From: Octopus bimaculoides
Taxonomy: Eukaryota
Reading direction: 5' to 3'
Length of the DNA stretch: 35,403 nt
NCBI RefSeq assembly: GCF_001194135.2
Contig: NC_068992.1
Coordinates: forward strand, 48,144,277 to 48,179,679
Below, in pieces: positions 34,461 through 35,403 of the stretch. The translations under genes were made by a program, and so were the position numbers. The stretch's first letter is position 1, and the number at the start of each line of letters is the position of its first letter. A model generated the notes under the pieces. The model saw only the letters and a list, made by a program, of their open reading frames with translations. It was not told the DNA's origin and did not search any database.

Positions 34461-34816
34461 ATGTATATATATTTATCTATTACACACTCACATGCACACA
34501 CAAAATGCATGTTATTTTAATTAATTAATTTAATTAATTCAAGGGTCAATTAAAAGTATATATTCACTGATATGTATTGAGCATTCTCCTATTTATTGCA
34601 CCGGACATACATATACACGCAATTTTATATACATATATATGTTTAAGTATATATACATATGTGTGTGTATATGCGTGTATATATGTTTGTGTACATGGTT
34701 TTGTGGTATTTGAATTTGGAGAATGTGTTGTTAGGTGTGGTGTTTGTAGTAGGAGTAATAATATCAGTTGCTTTTGTGGTGGTAGTGGTGGTGGTGTTCA
34801 AAGCTGAAGCAAATAA

Positions 34817-34871
<55 letters not shown>

Positions 34872-35165
34872 AATCTTTTTGAAATAACATTCTGAACATT
34901 CAGTACAAAACGGTAATGGAACCAGAAATATTTTCACACTGGAATCATTTTCAACAGTCAACATTTAACCAAAATGTCAGTCCAAGTTTGATTGATGTTA
35001 TGGAATAACTACAAGTAATGGTTAGATCCTTGATCTTGTAAACCTTTTAATCGAGCATGTTCCAACCATGGCCATCCTACAAACTTACTTTGATGTATGC
35101 TTTAGTTCTAGTTCACTCTTGATTCAGAAATCCTTATGATCAAACAAGAACCTGCCATGACTATC

Positions 35166-35403
35166 TTACTCTTTACTCTTTACTCTTTTACTTGTTTCAG
35201 TCATTTGACTGTGGCCATGCTGGAGCACCGCCTTTAGTCGAGCAAATCGACCCCAGGACTTATTCTTTGTAAGCCTAGTACATATTCTATCGGTCTCTTT
35301 TGCCGAACCACTAAGTTACGGGGACGTAAGCACACTAACAATGGTTGTCAAGCGATGGTGGGGGGACAAACACAGACACACGAACATATACACACACACA
35401 CAT
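35166..35403 (-). mobile_element. SINE family A, young-looking copy running off the window edge
   Basis: Nearly identical to 23869-24080; (TTACTCT)n tail. Confidence 0.85.

Overview
AT-rich, non-bacterial, largely intronic/intergenic animal DNA, saturated with microsatellites ((TA)n, (CA)n, (GA)n, (GAT)n, (TAA)n, (ACC)n) and containing 8 assembly gaps. The repeat families and composition look like an octopod cephalopod (Octopus-like) genome; this is inferred from recognition, not tested. Almost every ORF in the supplied track is a microsatellite or N-gap artefact. Supportable content: (i) many copies of 3-4 SINE/LINE-tail families; (ii) decayed coding remnants of a Penelope-like reverse transcriptase (6797-7345), another LINE RT (about 7765-7865) and a probable RTE-type ORF end with two broken C2H2 fingers (about 22658-22927); (iii) a non-autonomous Helitron with both canonical termini (14191-15899, minus) carrying an MPPKKR ORF start and two inverted TAACCC-rich modules; (iv) TTAA-flanked and mariner-type DNA transposon pieces and a fold-back element; (v) a near-perfect 61-nt hairpin and a palindrome-rich 32-bp minisatellite; (vi) a few isolated exon candidates. 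The best are 13238-13321 and 19178-19253 (+), which splice in frame into a signal-peptide-led secreted protein, and a minus-strand AG|GTAAG recursive-splice-like site at 31135. No complete protein-coding gene, rRNA, bona fide tRNA or CRISPR array could be established. Repeat boundaries are approximate unless exact termini are stated.
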